Assembly (NCBI GenBank): GCA_047495785.1
Contig: JBLDXI010000012.1
Coordinates: 682,001-746,000, forward strand
Reading direction: 5' to 3'
Origin: Lepidodermella squamata
Lineage: Eukaryota > Animalia > Gastrotricha
Length of the DNA: 64,000 bases
Below, piece by piece: positions 26,601 through 38,764 of this stretch. The notes under the pieces were generated by a model. The model worked only from the letters and a program-made list of their open reading frames with translations, was not told the DNA's origin and did no database searches. The translations under genes were made by a program, and so were the position numbers. Numbering within the stretch: the first letter of the stretch is position 1; each line of letters begins with the position of its first letter.

Positions 26601-28083
26601 CGCAGTCTTTTCGCACCATTTGATTGGGCCAATAATGACGCCAAATAATTTTTACGTGCGTTATATTACCGATTACCGCGCCAGACGCCTTAACAGCATC
26701 GCTCGCCTCCAATAACAAACAGCAGCCGCGCGTCTAATCGCTGGTTATTTCGCCAATAAATCGCGTCGCGAGTCGGCGCGTTTCTTTCGACGCGCTTTAG
26801 TGCACCTTCTCGACGCGGCGCCTAATAACAACAAATAATATCCTCTATTTACATTTTGGTGCAGCAATAATATTGTTAAACAATAATATATCATTCGAAA
26901 GATATCGCCAATGGCACTTTCATTCTTAATTGTAGGTACTTACTACCAACAATAAATAAAAATAACTGCCTTCTACACGTTAGGCGGGAAAAGTCGGCAC
27001 TCAGCCTATCGATTCCGCGGGATTTTTTCGTAAATTAGACGGCTGTTTTTTAGGACCTTAATTTTGTTTATGCATCTGTCGTTTTTTCTATTTTCACAAT
27101 AGTCTGGAAAATAATCGTTCGATGATGTTGGGAAAATATACTTCGATCTTTTTGTCATGTTTTGATGGAATATTTATATCATGCATCATTATTCATCCAT
27201 CAGTCGGATATCTATTTCGGATGCGCGATTTGAGATGATTATCTATAATGCACATCTCGGAGACCTATCTCTAAAAATGTGCGCGAAAACAAAACACGAG
27301 AAGCCAAGTTTAACATTTTTAATAAACAACAAAATAATCATGTCGCCACGAGCGAGCGCTTCGTGACGTTATTTTTGCCGCGGTTTTGCGACGCCAAAGA
27401 ACGAGATAAAATTTTTAAAACCAGCGTCACGGCCTGCCCCTTGTGTTTTGCGCGCAAAAGTTATCACTTCATCAACGCGTGTTTAGCCAGAATCTAAAAG
27501 CCTACTACAGTAGTACAACTGCAGCGACTGCTGCTGTTTGTTTTTATTTATTTATTTATTTGTTAATGCCTAAATGCCGCTTGTGGGCGTCAACGACTGG
27601 TCGACTCATTTCTTCTGCGTTGTTTTCGCGCGCAGGTATAGCGCGCGCGCATATGGCCCCTACTCTGCCGAAGTTTTTGTCTCTCATTGCCGCAGTTTTA
27701 TCGCGCCCTCTAGCGGGGGCGGCTGCCAGAACACGAAAAACGGTGAAAACGGCTGGCGAGCGGGCGCCTCAATGATTGTTATCACGCGCCCGTTTTCTTA
27801 TTAGAACGATGGAGCTTTCATCATTAGCCGAAACCTATATTTGTTTATTATTTTCTTGAATCTTGATAAGACAGAAAACAGCTTTTGAAAATTTCACCAC
27901 CTCATTCATCGTTCCATTTTAAGAGTATTATTAAGAGTATTTTGGCTGAGAGAGGGAGACCGTGAGAACTATTCGCTATTAGGGAACATTTTACCTTTTG
28001 TTGAAATATGCACTTCTAATAATTTTTCATTTTTTTTTTGCTGAATAGATGTTTAATATTTGAGGTGGACGTTAACTAGTAGA

Positions 28084-31000
28084 ATGCTCTGCGCGCCTCC
28101 ACCTGTTCCGACCATTGCTGCGGTCGTGAATTCAGGCGACTCGCCGACGAAGCCCAATTCGCTGGCCCTGTCGACCTCTTCATCAAACAGCAGCGTGATT
28201 GGAATCGATAACTTGTTGACTTGTCCGATTTGCATGGAGCGCTACTCGTCGCGTCTCGTTCCCAAGCTGCTGTCATGCCACCACTCGTTCTGCGTCGCAT
28301 GTTTGAACAGCCTATCTCCCGAGAAAGAGCAATACCAATGCCCAACCTGCCGCAAGGCGTTCGAACGGCCGTCAAGCGGCGACATGGCCGATTTGCAGAC
28401 AAATTTCTATCTAGTCGCTATCATGGACTCGCGGAGTAGCCCGAGCAGAAGCGACGCGCCTCCGCTCACTGGCGGCTCGTCCAACATAGGCGACGTCGCA
28501 AATGGAACTGGCTGTCGGCTTCACAGCAAGCCGCTGACTTTCTACTGCTCGACATGTTCGCTGTTCATCTGCAACCAATGCATCCTCGACCATAACAAGG
28601 CGAAAAATCACTCAATCGAAGATCTCGACCATTTCATCGACCATTGTAAAGACACGCTGGCGGACCGCGCGGCCGTAGCACAGGCTGCTCACGAAGCTCG
28701 TCAGCAGTACGTGAAAACTCTTCGAGGCGAATTGGAAACATCTGCAAGTCGCGATTCTGAACTTGCTGCCGGCATCGAGCAAATTTTCCGTGAAATCTTC
28801 GTTAAACTCGGCGAAATTCGGCGAAAAATCGACGATGAAGCGATTTCGAATTCTGCGAAAATTTCCGCTCGCCTTCTCAGCGAAATCTCGCGAATGGAAG
28901 CCGAGGCTGAGCGACTAGATACTGTTCGTCGATTGTGCGACGACGTTCGAGGCCGGAATGACCTGCGAACCTTATCGGCTGTATATTCTTCGCAGGACCT
29001 CCTCGACGTTGTCAACAATTTTTCTAACCCTATCCAAACTGTCCCTCGTGTCGTAGTAACCGCGAATGACAAGCCGCTGCGAGATATGTTGGATATGGTG
29101 CACACGTTCATCCAGGCTGATCAAGCATCATCGATTTTTTCGTGCAGCGAAGTCAAACGACCAGTTATCGTCTTGCCAAAGCCGGTCAGCGCAACGCTGA
29201 GCCCGAAAACCGAGCAGAACGAGTCGTTGTTGAGTGACGATTCGACCCGCGATTCCTTATCGCCAATTGCCGAGTCGCATTTCCACCAGAATGATCAAAC
29301 CGTTCCTGGAGTTATCGAAATCGACAATGTTCCAGTGCGGTTGCGCGAGAAGCCAGCTCGTCGCGTCGCTAGTACTCAGCACGTTGACGAATTTTTCAAA
29401 CATCGCAGTCAGTTGTTTGAAAGCACAACTGAAGAAAATTTGCAACTACAACAGAAAGATCAGTTGATCTACGCGAAAAACCGAGCGCATTACCGGCGCA
29501 GTCTGGTCGAATTGCGGCCTGGTCGCCAGCCGGGTAATGAAGATCCCGTGAAAAGCACGCCGTTGGCTCGTCACCAAGTAATTTCGTACCATCCTCAACA
29601 AACTACTGAGATAATCACCCAAACGAAATCGACGAGTTCTTACATGTTGACGAATCACGTTGGTGCAACGATTGCTTCGAACAGCAGCAGCGGCGCATCG
29701 TCAGCTGGAGATAACGGGTCTTCCGGCAGTTCGAAAATGTCGCCACCCCTGCAAGTTGTCGTCGATAGTAGTTTATCGAATAGCGGCAAAACTCCGTTCA
29801 TCTTCGAATTCGACGATGCTGACAGCGCTGATGGCAGTGACGAGGATTGCGGAGAAAGACGGCGCCATAATGACAACCGCCATCGACGAACTCAGTCCAC
29901 ATCGAAGCTTGCGAACAAAGCTCGGGCAGTTCCAAGCGTTGGCGCTTCCCCGCAAAAGGAGAAAGTTGGCAAGAAATTCAGCCTGGGTCGAGCTATTAGC
30001 GAACTTTTCGGCAAGAAAGCGGCTATGGATGGTCGTCGTGGCGAGGAGAAAGTAGCTGTCCGAGCGGTGCCGCTAGCTACAACCAACGGAAACGCAAGTA
30101 ATACCGTGACCTCGTCCGATAGCGGGGGTGACCATCATTCAGTGGCCTCTGGGCCGGATGGTCGCCTGTTAACCCCGGCTCAACTGCGATGTGTTAGTTT
30201 GGAGAGCATGGCGCAGTTGAAATCGATCAGCCCACCTACGCACCCTGCCCTCGTCGCTTCGCCGCCTCAAATGCGGGTCGGTATGAAAGTGTCTGAAATC
30301 ACCGGCAGTGCCGAAAATCGTCGGTTTTCCGGCGATTTTTCGAAGCGATCGAATCAACAGTTGCCATCGAAGAGTAAAGTCACCGGGAAGTCGTCGTCTG
30401 CCAATACTCGATCTTGTTATGTGCCAAGCCGGGAAGATGCCTTGCCGGTTGTTTTCCCTGCCCCGGCTCAATCGCAGCAACTAAGCAACCCGAACGTCGT
30501 AACTTCGAAACCGCCGGCTTTCCAAGTTGTGCCTAACAAGCCGTCGACACGAAACCCAACCATGGGCCAGGAGCAGGGTACTGAACTCGTTAATGCTCTC
30601 CTCGTAGCTTCGACAGCTTCATCGAGTCATATTCAATTCAACGCTACGCCGACTGCAATGAGTCGGTCGAATAACATCGTTGCGAATTGGAACGCTACTC
30701 CATCGTTTTGCCAAACGCCAACGTTGAAATTCGGCCGACAAGGCAGTGCCCCAGGTGCATTTGACTGGCCTGAGTCGATTGTTGTTACCCCGAGCGGCAA
30801 TGAGCTGTATGTTGGGGATTTCAAAAATCATCGAATTGAGGTAATGAAAGAGTTTTAATTTTTTATTGCGCAATTTCTAATTTTAATCCGTATGTTTCAG
30901 GCATTCACGACCAACGGCGATTTCTTGTACGAATTTTCAGTTCGGGACGGTCCGGTCGACTACTATCCAGGTCACATGGCTATTGATCCGAGGGGAGACC

Positions 31001-31744
31001 GCATCATCTTTCCATGGCTAGTAAAGGTAAACAACTAGTTCAGTTATGACTTGCTCAAGTCAGAGTTGAAACTAGCTTCTCTAGATATTTCATGCTTCGA
31101 AAAAACCTTATTCATATTTTTTTATTTTTCAGGAGGGAAGTGGCTATGTTGCCAACAGCCTAGTTGCTTACACCCGCGACGGTCGTTACCTGCAAAAGTA
31201 TGGCCATCGCGAATTCGGCTGCCCTCGTGCTGTGGCTATCAATAGTCGATCGGAAATGTTTGTTGCAGATCAACAGAAAGGCTGCATCTTTGTCTTCGAT
31301 CGTGACGGCCGTCGGCTGCGGACGATTGGAAAACGCGGTTCGAATGCAGCCGGAGAATTCAATCATCCGTGCCACGTCGCGTTAGGCCGTAATGGCGAAG
31401 TCATAGTCGCAGACCAAAACAACAACAGAATTCAAGTGTTCGACACCCGAGGCGGCATCTGCGAAGTCCTAACACACCGTTTCACTCGACCTTGTTACAC
31501 TGCTGTCGACAGTTACGGATCGCTAATGGTAGCTGACGGCTCAAATAAAATCAGCATCCTATCACTGAATTCGGCTGTTCCTTCAAGATCGCCAGTCATC
31601 GGCATCGTCGAATCTGCAGAAGATCGCCTTCGCGGGCCAAGGGGTTTGGCTGTCGACAACAGTGGCAACCTGTTCGTTTGCGACGTTGGAAACTTCTGTG
31701 TGAAGAAGTTTGACTACTCGGATCTTTTGCCGCAGCATCTATGA
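28084..31744 (+). CDS. TRIM-NHL protein: RING, B-box, coiled coil, long Ser-rich region, NHL repeats (exons 28084-30840, 30901-31026, 31133-31744)
   Basis: RING LTCPICMERY..PKLLSCHHSFCVACL..CPTCR; B-box CRLHSKPLTFYCSTCSLFICNQCILDH; NHL repeats FGRQGSAPGAFDWPESI, GEFNHPCHVAL..VADQNNNRIQVFD, LRGPRGLAVD. The reading frame is kept across both introns. Upstream exons are not excluded. Confidence 0.9.
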
Positions 31745-32370
31745 TTTGTTTGCCATGGCTTTCGATTTGGGCAATTATCGATATGTCGTCGTGTGCTAAG
31801 CACATAACGTGTATATTTATCGTGCGAAACCATGATTGTTATGATTTAGAGGCGTTAGCATTTACGATATTCGTGCCCTCATAAAGAGCAAGCTTAGTTT
31901 AGCTTGTCTTCGTCGATTCGTGTAACCTCTTAGTCAGATTTGTTTCTCTAGCTTTCTGACGTCTAGCTGAAGGCATATTTTCCACAAATCCTCCATTTTG
32001 TTAAGGATATACCGTCTCTTTCATGAAGTGGCATTTAGCACTTGGCTTGAAATCTTGGATGACTTATCCGATGTGGTCGCATTCATTTGAAGAGCAATTA
32101 TGAGTTGTTCTATACCTTCCGCCAAGTTCACCAAATTCAAAATTGTTGATTCGCTGGACTGGTGATTTTTGTAATGTTGACAGATTTATCGCAAACCAAG
32201 TTGCAACATTGTATTTATGAACATTTATTATGGTTTAAAGTTATCCTTCCTGTAAATTGATTTCATGCCCCAATTCGGCTGAGCTGGATTTGAATTCCGC
32301 GCTGAAAACATTCAATGCGGCATCCTTGTTTAAAAGAGCTGATCGAAATGCAAGAGTGGTTTACATTGAC

Positions 32371-32407
32371 AATAAAACTCTATTTTCTATCACGATATGG
32401 TTTTATT
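32371..32407. terminator. Opposing polyadenylation signals of the convergent TRIM-NHL (+, 32371-32376) and MIIP (-, 32402-32407) genes
   Basis: AATAAA on each strand, 25 nt apart and facing each other. Confidence 0.5.
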
Positions 32408-32496
32408 TTAATCGGTAATTAACAGCGATGCGGTAACAAACTTGGGTGAACAGTGAATCATATTGCCAGAGATAGCAGAATAAGAATTAGAAAATA

Positions 32497-33730
32497 TCAC
32501 GACAGTTTATGCGCATTCATCTTCGATGATGGAAACTTGGCAGCGTTCAAGGATTGATTGAAAGCTGCGCGCTTCCCGAGAGAAAGGGCTCTCTGCTCCG
32601 CGACCAACCTGTCCCTCTGGGCTATCTGTTGAAGGTCACGAGTGGTCTAAAAAAATAATTATGTGAACAATCGACCTTGATAAATTCATGAGCGATATTC
32701 TTACCACAGTTACATGACACTTTTTGTCAAAAGCAGACGACATCAAATCGACGTTTCCTTGAGAAGGAGCCAGAGAGCTAGCGAAATCTCTCTTTGGCGG
32801 CGCATATCCGGCTAAGCAATGCTGAAATTGAGCGATTTTAACAGAGAATCGAACACAACGCCTCAATAATACCTTCGATAGGGCGAATGAGTCACTAGGA
32901 TCGAAGCTTTTTTTTCTATGAGGCCGGACTCGAAGAGGAGACTTGATCACACCAGACGGTATACTTACTCTGTAAAAATGGAACTATCCATACAACATTA
33001 AATCACAAATGTCATATAATTACCTCACAAAATGAGGCGATCGCTCAGATGGATTCGAAGGCTCGGGATGTTGACAAATCGGACAAAGACTGCGCCCTTG
33101 TTCATCAGCAATTATCGGCTCAGCAAAAAGCCGATCGTTCAATCGATAATTATGGATGCAAGCATGCTGGCCAATACTAGAATCAGCTTGGTTTGGAGTA
33201 GTAGATCGCCTGCTACCAACTGGAGCTAAAGTCGCAGAAATGCGTCGTCGGAGTATGTTGGATTTCGACAGCGGAGAAACTTTTTTCGGCGGTTGTTTTC
33301 GTCTATGAATGACCAAATAAAAATGAGCACGTTAGAAAGTTTCAAATTTCAAAGAAATTACCTGTTATTACGGCTCACACAAAGCTCTTCGTTTTCTTTT
33401 CTAAATTTGATCAAATCGCTTAATATGTTCTCATTAGGAGTAGACTCCGGAGAAAGAGCGCGATTTCGAGGAGTGAGCGATATTCGTCGTCGAGGAGATG
33501 GACTCTTAGCAAAGCTGAATTGCACTGTAAAATTGCAAAATAAACTTATAAAAGCACGCAAAAACGAAATGTTACTGACGCTGTTTTTTAGATTTGGGCG
33601 TGATTTTCACATGTCGATCGACAATGGATCGTTTCTTGAGTATAGAGGCAGGTGTCTTGGAAATCAAAGATTTCCCGAATCGCAGCCGTGGACTGAAAGG
33701 AGATTTTGCGTGAGAATATTCAGAATTCAT
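32497..33730 (-). CDS. MIIP: MIIP (migration and invasion inhibitory protein) homologue, 6 exons
   Basis: The spliced product contains LSDLIKFRKENEELCV and HACIHNYRLNDRLF..CPICQ..HFVR^VSIP..RPHRKKSFDPSDSFALSK^HCLAGY, closely matching the remembered MIIP core ([43 protein letters not shown]). Confidence 0.8.
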
Positions 33731-34261
33731 GATGAATGCTAATTTTAAATTTTAATAACGAAATGGCGACTGAATATGACGAGATGCAAGCCAATCGACC
33801 TCGAAAAACGTAACCGCATAGGCTTTCCTGGCGTCGGTGGTAACGCAAGATTTAAAAATTCCCGCTCAAATTTTACAAAATCACAAATACATTTTACAAT
33901 TTATTTTAAAATATTCCTGTTGAAAATGTGTATTAAAATGTCTAGGTGAAATGCCAACACGCGCCATTCGAGCCGGGCTCAGAACTTTTTTTTCGATGAC
34001 CTTTGGTCGGTTCCTCTTCCCGCTACGTCATGCGTGCTGCTTGTGTGCCCTGTGCCCAGATTCGAATTGTGAATTCTGAAATAAGCTGAAACTATGTCGA
34101 ACGACCTTTTTGCCTTACAAGAAACCAGTTTTTTCGTAAGCATGCTTTTGGCTTGGTTTTCTTGCTCCTCGTTAGCGAGTTTTGTTTGACATCCGATGCT
34201 GTGACTCTTCATCATTCATCTTTCTTTTCAGATACTAACTTGGGTCTTAGTACATGTTTAT

Positions 34262-34357
34262 GGGCCTCAGCAGCTCAGTAGGTAGCTGTCTGCTGTCTGT
34301 TTTTCGTCGAGCGTCAGAGTTGATGGGCGTGAATTTGATCCCTGCCCGGGTCGACCA
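34262..34357 (+). pseudogene. Degenerate tRNA-like sequence (tRNA pseudogene or tRNA-derived SINE head)
   Basis: A-box-like CAGCTCAGTAGGTAG and degenerate B-box-like GAATTTGATCCCTG, followed by CCCGGGTCG-ACCA. No clean anticodon arm. Confidence 0.4.
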
Positions 34358-35830
34358 AGACTGATCAATAACACTCGACTTTCTACTCTCTAACCTGACG
34401 GTGGCAGACCGTTCCACCGTGTTGCATACAAGAGTGGTAGATTAAGAGTGTCATTGAAACTGCAATAATCGCTACTCAGCTGCCCAATTAAAGAGACCTC
34501 GCACGCGACACAAATAGCTGTCATCCGGAACCCTCGGCCTTGGCCCATCCATTCATTGAATACGACTGAGAACAATTTTTATCTTTAGTACGTTTTCGGT
34601 TTTCATTGTGATGTTTAATCTCCCTGGGTGCCTTATGAGACCAACGAACGCAGCGAGATAATAAGTAATAAGCTATGCACCACGAATTGAAATTCGAAAC
34701 GTCAGTGACGAGTAGATTTTGTCATAGTATTAGTGTTCATGTGTTTCAACATTTCACTGCATAGGAGGGGAAGGCCGCGAGCTCCACAACTCCCCTCCAA
34801 TGTTTGCAGTTTGCTTCCTTCAGACGAGTAATATCATTCTTCCTATCGATTCCAGTCGACAGTCCTGGTAGGCAATAAACTGGAGATATGCTGTAGGTAT
34901 GATCATTGTTCCAGCTGTCAGTCAGTTTCTTCATTTTCTTCAATTCTCCTGTCAGCATTTTCGGAAACGTGACGCGCGCTCTACCGAGATGTGCTTATTT
35001 AGTCCAGGCTTTACGTAATTGTTTATCGCTTGTAGTTCGGCATAATCCATGATCAAATTAATTCATTGATTAGGATGCTTTAGTCTTGAGCTGCTAGATC
35101 ATTCATTTTGGAATTAAATGAGTTCGTTCTACTTCATATTGCATTGAAATAATAACGCACGCTTCGGCTTTTTTGAACAATCGGTTTTAGTCGTGACTTT
35201 TCGGAATCATATCTCATCTTCCCGATTGAAACTTATGGAATGAGATGAATAACACTAATCGGCTTTCAAACATAATTCTGTCGACTTGAAGAATTGTATA
35301 CGTTAGCTGGCCTACCTGGTTGGCTTTTTTCGAAGTTGAAGCCACGAGTTACAAGTCATTCTAAGTTCCAAGCTGTAGCTCTCGGTCCGCTGAATGAAGT
35401 TTAGCAGCTGAATCTCACGGCTTTGACACCTCGAGATGGGGAACAACCATATCGCTGTTATTTACTAATGAGAAGCCGTAGCTGAAGTTTCGGGGATTTC
35501 GAATTTTCACGAAATATTATTAAATGCTCCCGGTGTGATCAAAATTGCCAAAGTAAGATACCGAAACGCATCCACTTGAGGGGTCTTCTGCTTAATACCT
35601 CGACTTCCGCTATGCCGAAGTCGCCAGATTTGGGTAATGTGTTATTTTAGCTAATTGTTTGTATGCTTTGTTGATGAGGAGATTGTTCCCAAAAGTTGGG
35701 ATTGCAAAGGGTAATGGAAAAAGGTTCAGTTTCAATAGCGATGGCCTTCAGTATTTTTTTTCGTTGCCTGCTATGGCCAGTATGTCATCATACCGTAATA
35801 ACACAAGAACGTTGTGATGCTGTGTGCAGC

Positions 35831-35896
35831 GAATAAGGGTTATTCATTTTCTCTACAGTTAAAGAATAAGGGTTATTTATTTTCTCTACAGTTAAA
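35831..35896. repeat. 33-bp tandem duplication (2 copies, 1 mismatch)
   Basis: gaataagggttatt(c/t)attttctctacagttaaa occurs twice in tandem. Confidence 0.9.
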
Positions 35897-36776
35897 GTTC
35901 AAACTTGACTGCACACTGGGTCCAACCAATGAGACGGGTTGACATTTGGCATACTGGGTCTCTCAAGTTTGATAGCCTTGCTTATCGATAGAATGTTTTA
36001 TTTAAAAGTAACCCATCCTTGAGCATTTTCCCACATATTGAGTGATGGCAACCACCCGACTCTTCTTGAAATTGCAGCAATGAACAGCTCCAGACAGAAT
36101 TTCGCGTTGTGGGCTCGGCCAAATCTTAGGCTTTGTTTAAAGTTCAAACAGTCTCACACCAGGTGACCAAATTGCTGGCAGCAGAAACACTGAGTCACAT
36201 CGGGAGGCTTGATTATAAATGGTCGAAATCTTAGCATGAATTGTTTCGAAACCACCCTTGAGGCATCGATCAGCTTACTCGAAGTCTCGTTGTTCGAGAA
36301 GCAGTTGTTTGCCACGTAGTTCGTTTCCTTTTATCAGTTCTTACTCAAATGCTGTTTTCAGTTGTTTTTCGGAGTCACTTTCAAATCACTTTCGACGTTC
36401 TTCATAACAATTCGGTGTTTCGGCTTATTCGGTTCGAGGAATTATTCGAACATGCAAACTTTCCGTATAATATTTTTGAAGGCCTGAGATCGCGTTCAAA
36501 GGATAGCTGATCCGAGTGATACCGATAAGCTATTCAAATTGGCATAAAACTGCAGCCGGTTTTCAATCAGGGGTCTCGCAGAAATCTTGTTACACAAAAA
36601 TCTTGTCAAACATAATTAAACAAATTAAACAAAAATAATTAATATGATTAAACAAATAATGGTGTATTTAACCATTGTATTTAACTCTTGATTCTTTAGA
36701 GAGAAATAACTAAACTTTCGAATTCTTAATTAATCAAGTTTTTGAATTTTATGTTGATTCTAGAAGTGTCTAAAAG

Positions 36777-38046
36777 ATGTTAGAAAAAGTTTTCTCATCT
36801 CTATACTCGGCGGAGTGTGCCCGAAAATTTCTCGTGGAATTCGACCTGCTGTATGGTGAGCAGATTATTTTTGAATAATTGCAATTTTAAGCTTTTGATA
36901 CCTCAGTGCCATGCATCAGCCTATTTTTGAACAAGTCAGTGGGCTATGGTATTATCGTCGGTTCTTCTATGGTCAAATTCCCGCAGATCTTGAAGATTTG
37001 GTTCGCCCGAAGTGCTCAAGGAATTAGCTTTTCTAGTGTCTTGTTGGAATTATTGGCTATCTCGTTCGGCGTGTCTTACGGTTATGGAAAGCAGTTTCCA
37101 TTCAGGTGAGTTATCTGACTAGGCATTTAGAATTTGTCTAATGCGTCATAATAATTGCTGCACATTACGCACATATAATCTTACACGTGTGCAGCGAGGG
37201 GGATGAGAGGACACGAGGCTTCTTTACGGAAACTTGCGCGCTCGAGAGGAAATTGATTTCAAGCTGAATACTGATAGTCGGGCGCGTTATCGATTGCTGC
37301 GCATAGCTTTGATTACAATCTTCAATCTGATTGCAAATTCGTCCTAAGCTGTTCATTTTAATAACCAAACTTATTATACAGTCATCACACGTTTTCGACA
37401 TGACATGTATTTGCGCGCGTCTCTTCAGTCCATCGGGATCGCATATCTCACATTTTTTTAGGAAAAAGGGAAGTGCCTTTGTAAGGGGTATCGCGAGTTG
37501 ATGGAGGAAGCTGTCAAATATTTTAATTATTTTTCGTATCGAACAGTTCTTATGGCGAAGGTGTCTTTCTCGCTATCCAGACGTTTCTTGTCGCGTTTTT
37601 TGTCCTGTGGTACCAAGGTCTTGCTGCTCGAGCTCTCCTCTTTTTCGTTATGTACTGCTCGATGATGGTCTTTCTCTGTTCCAAATTGGCGCCACTTGCT
37701 CTTCTCACGACTTTGCAGTCGCTGAACATACCGATTGTGGTTATTGCAAAGGTTGGATTTATTTTTGTCATCTTTTCTAGCTGTTTTCTATTAATGTAAT
37801 TTATAGGGCATTCAAGTTTACATAAACTATAAAAACAAGAGTACTGGGCAACTATCGGTGCTTACCCTGTTACTTCTGTTTGCCGGCTCTGTTGCCCGCA
37901 TTTTCACATCGATTTACGAAACCGGTGATCAGCTGATTATTTGGACTTACATCCTCGCTACCTTAATGAATGGAATTTTATTATTCCAAACGGGATACCT
38001 CTACCAGCCGGCATCTGCGCCTTCCACACCAAAGAAAACGAATTAA
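36777..38046 (+). CDS. MPDU1: Mannose-P-dolichol utilization defect 1 (PQ-loop protein; exons 36777-36855, 36907-37105, 37547-37751, 37807-38046)
   Basis: KSVGYGIIVGSSMVKFPQILKI, FPFS^SYGE, NYKNKSTGQLS, GSVARIFTSIYETGD; C-terminal KKTN ER-retrieval-type motif. Confidence 0.93.
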
Positions 38047-38764
38047 ATCGCCGAATCAAGCCAATGGAAGCGCAATCAACTTCATTTATTGTCTATCAAA
38101 TAGTACCAAACCATCTGTTTCCTAGGATGATTAATTAGCGCGGGAGAAGTCTAAAAAATCCTCTTTCAACCGTTATTTTTAACTGGGCGTTATCACGGTT
38201 CGAGCTTTGCTGATGCTTCTTATCTACTTCTAACGGAAAGTTCAACACATGTATTATCTAAAATCATTCCCATATTGCTGAATGGAATTATTATTATTAT
38301 TATTATTATTGCAAGTCCTCTTCACCACGGCTGGTCGGTTAAAGATAATTTCTGGTGGTTTAAAGGTTCTAGCCGCCGTTAAAAATCGGAGAAAGCTGAA
38401 TGTCTTCACATTAATATTGATATATGCATCTTGCGTTATGCTCTGTGTACCGGGGTGCGCAGCTATGGATTTTTTAAACTGGAGGAAAATTTTAAAAATT
38501 TTTGTCTGTTTTTATTTTAATCATTCTCATTAGGTAAGAGATTGATTATATTTAACGAAAAAAGAATCCTTGTTGGCAGTGGCGCGTGCTGAGATATTTA
38601 GCGCGCGGCTGGAGACGTCGCTCAATCAAAATTTGCTACTACAATCAATGCCAAATGACCTAATCGTCATACCTGAGTGACTCGCCTTTCGCGTAAACAC
38701 TCAATTACAGCTCGTCGACTAACGCTAGAGCCACTGTTGCCTTGATCTAATTGATTTAATCAAT

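Noticed and set aside
31745-32400. let-7 or lin-4/miR-125 sites that would suggest lin-41/TRIM71 identity
   Set aside because: No CTACCTC or CTCAGGG seed match seen in the putative 3' UTR, and no filamin domain.
33979-36600. Short minus-strand ORFs between MIIP and MPDU1
   Set aside because: No domain similarity and frequent stops; possibly decayed repeats, but unsupported.
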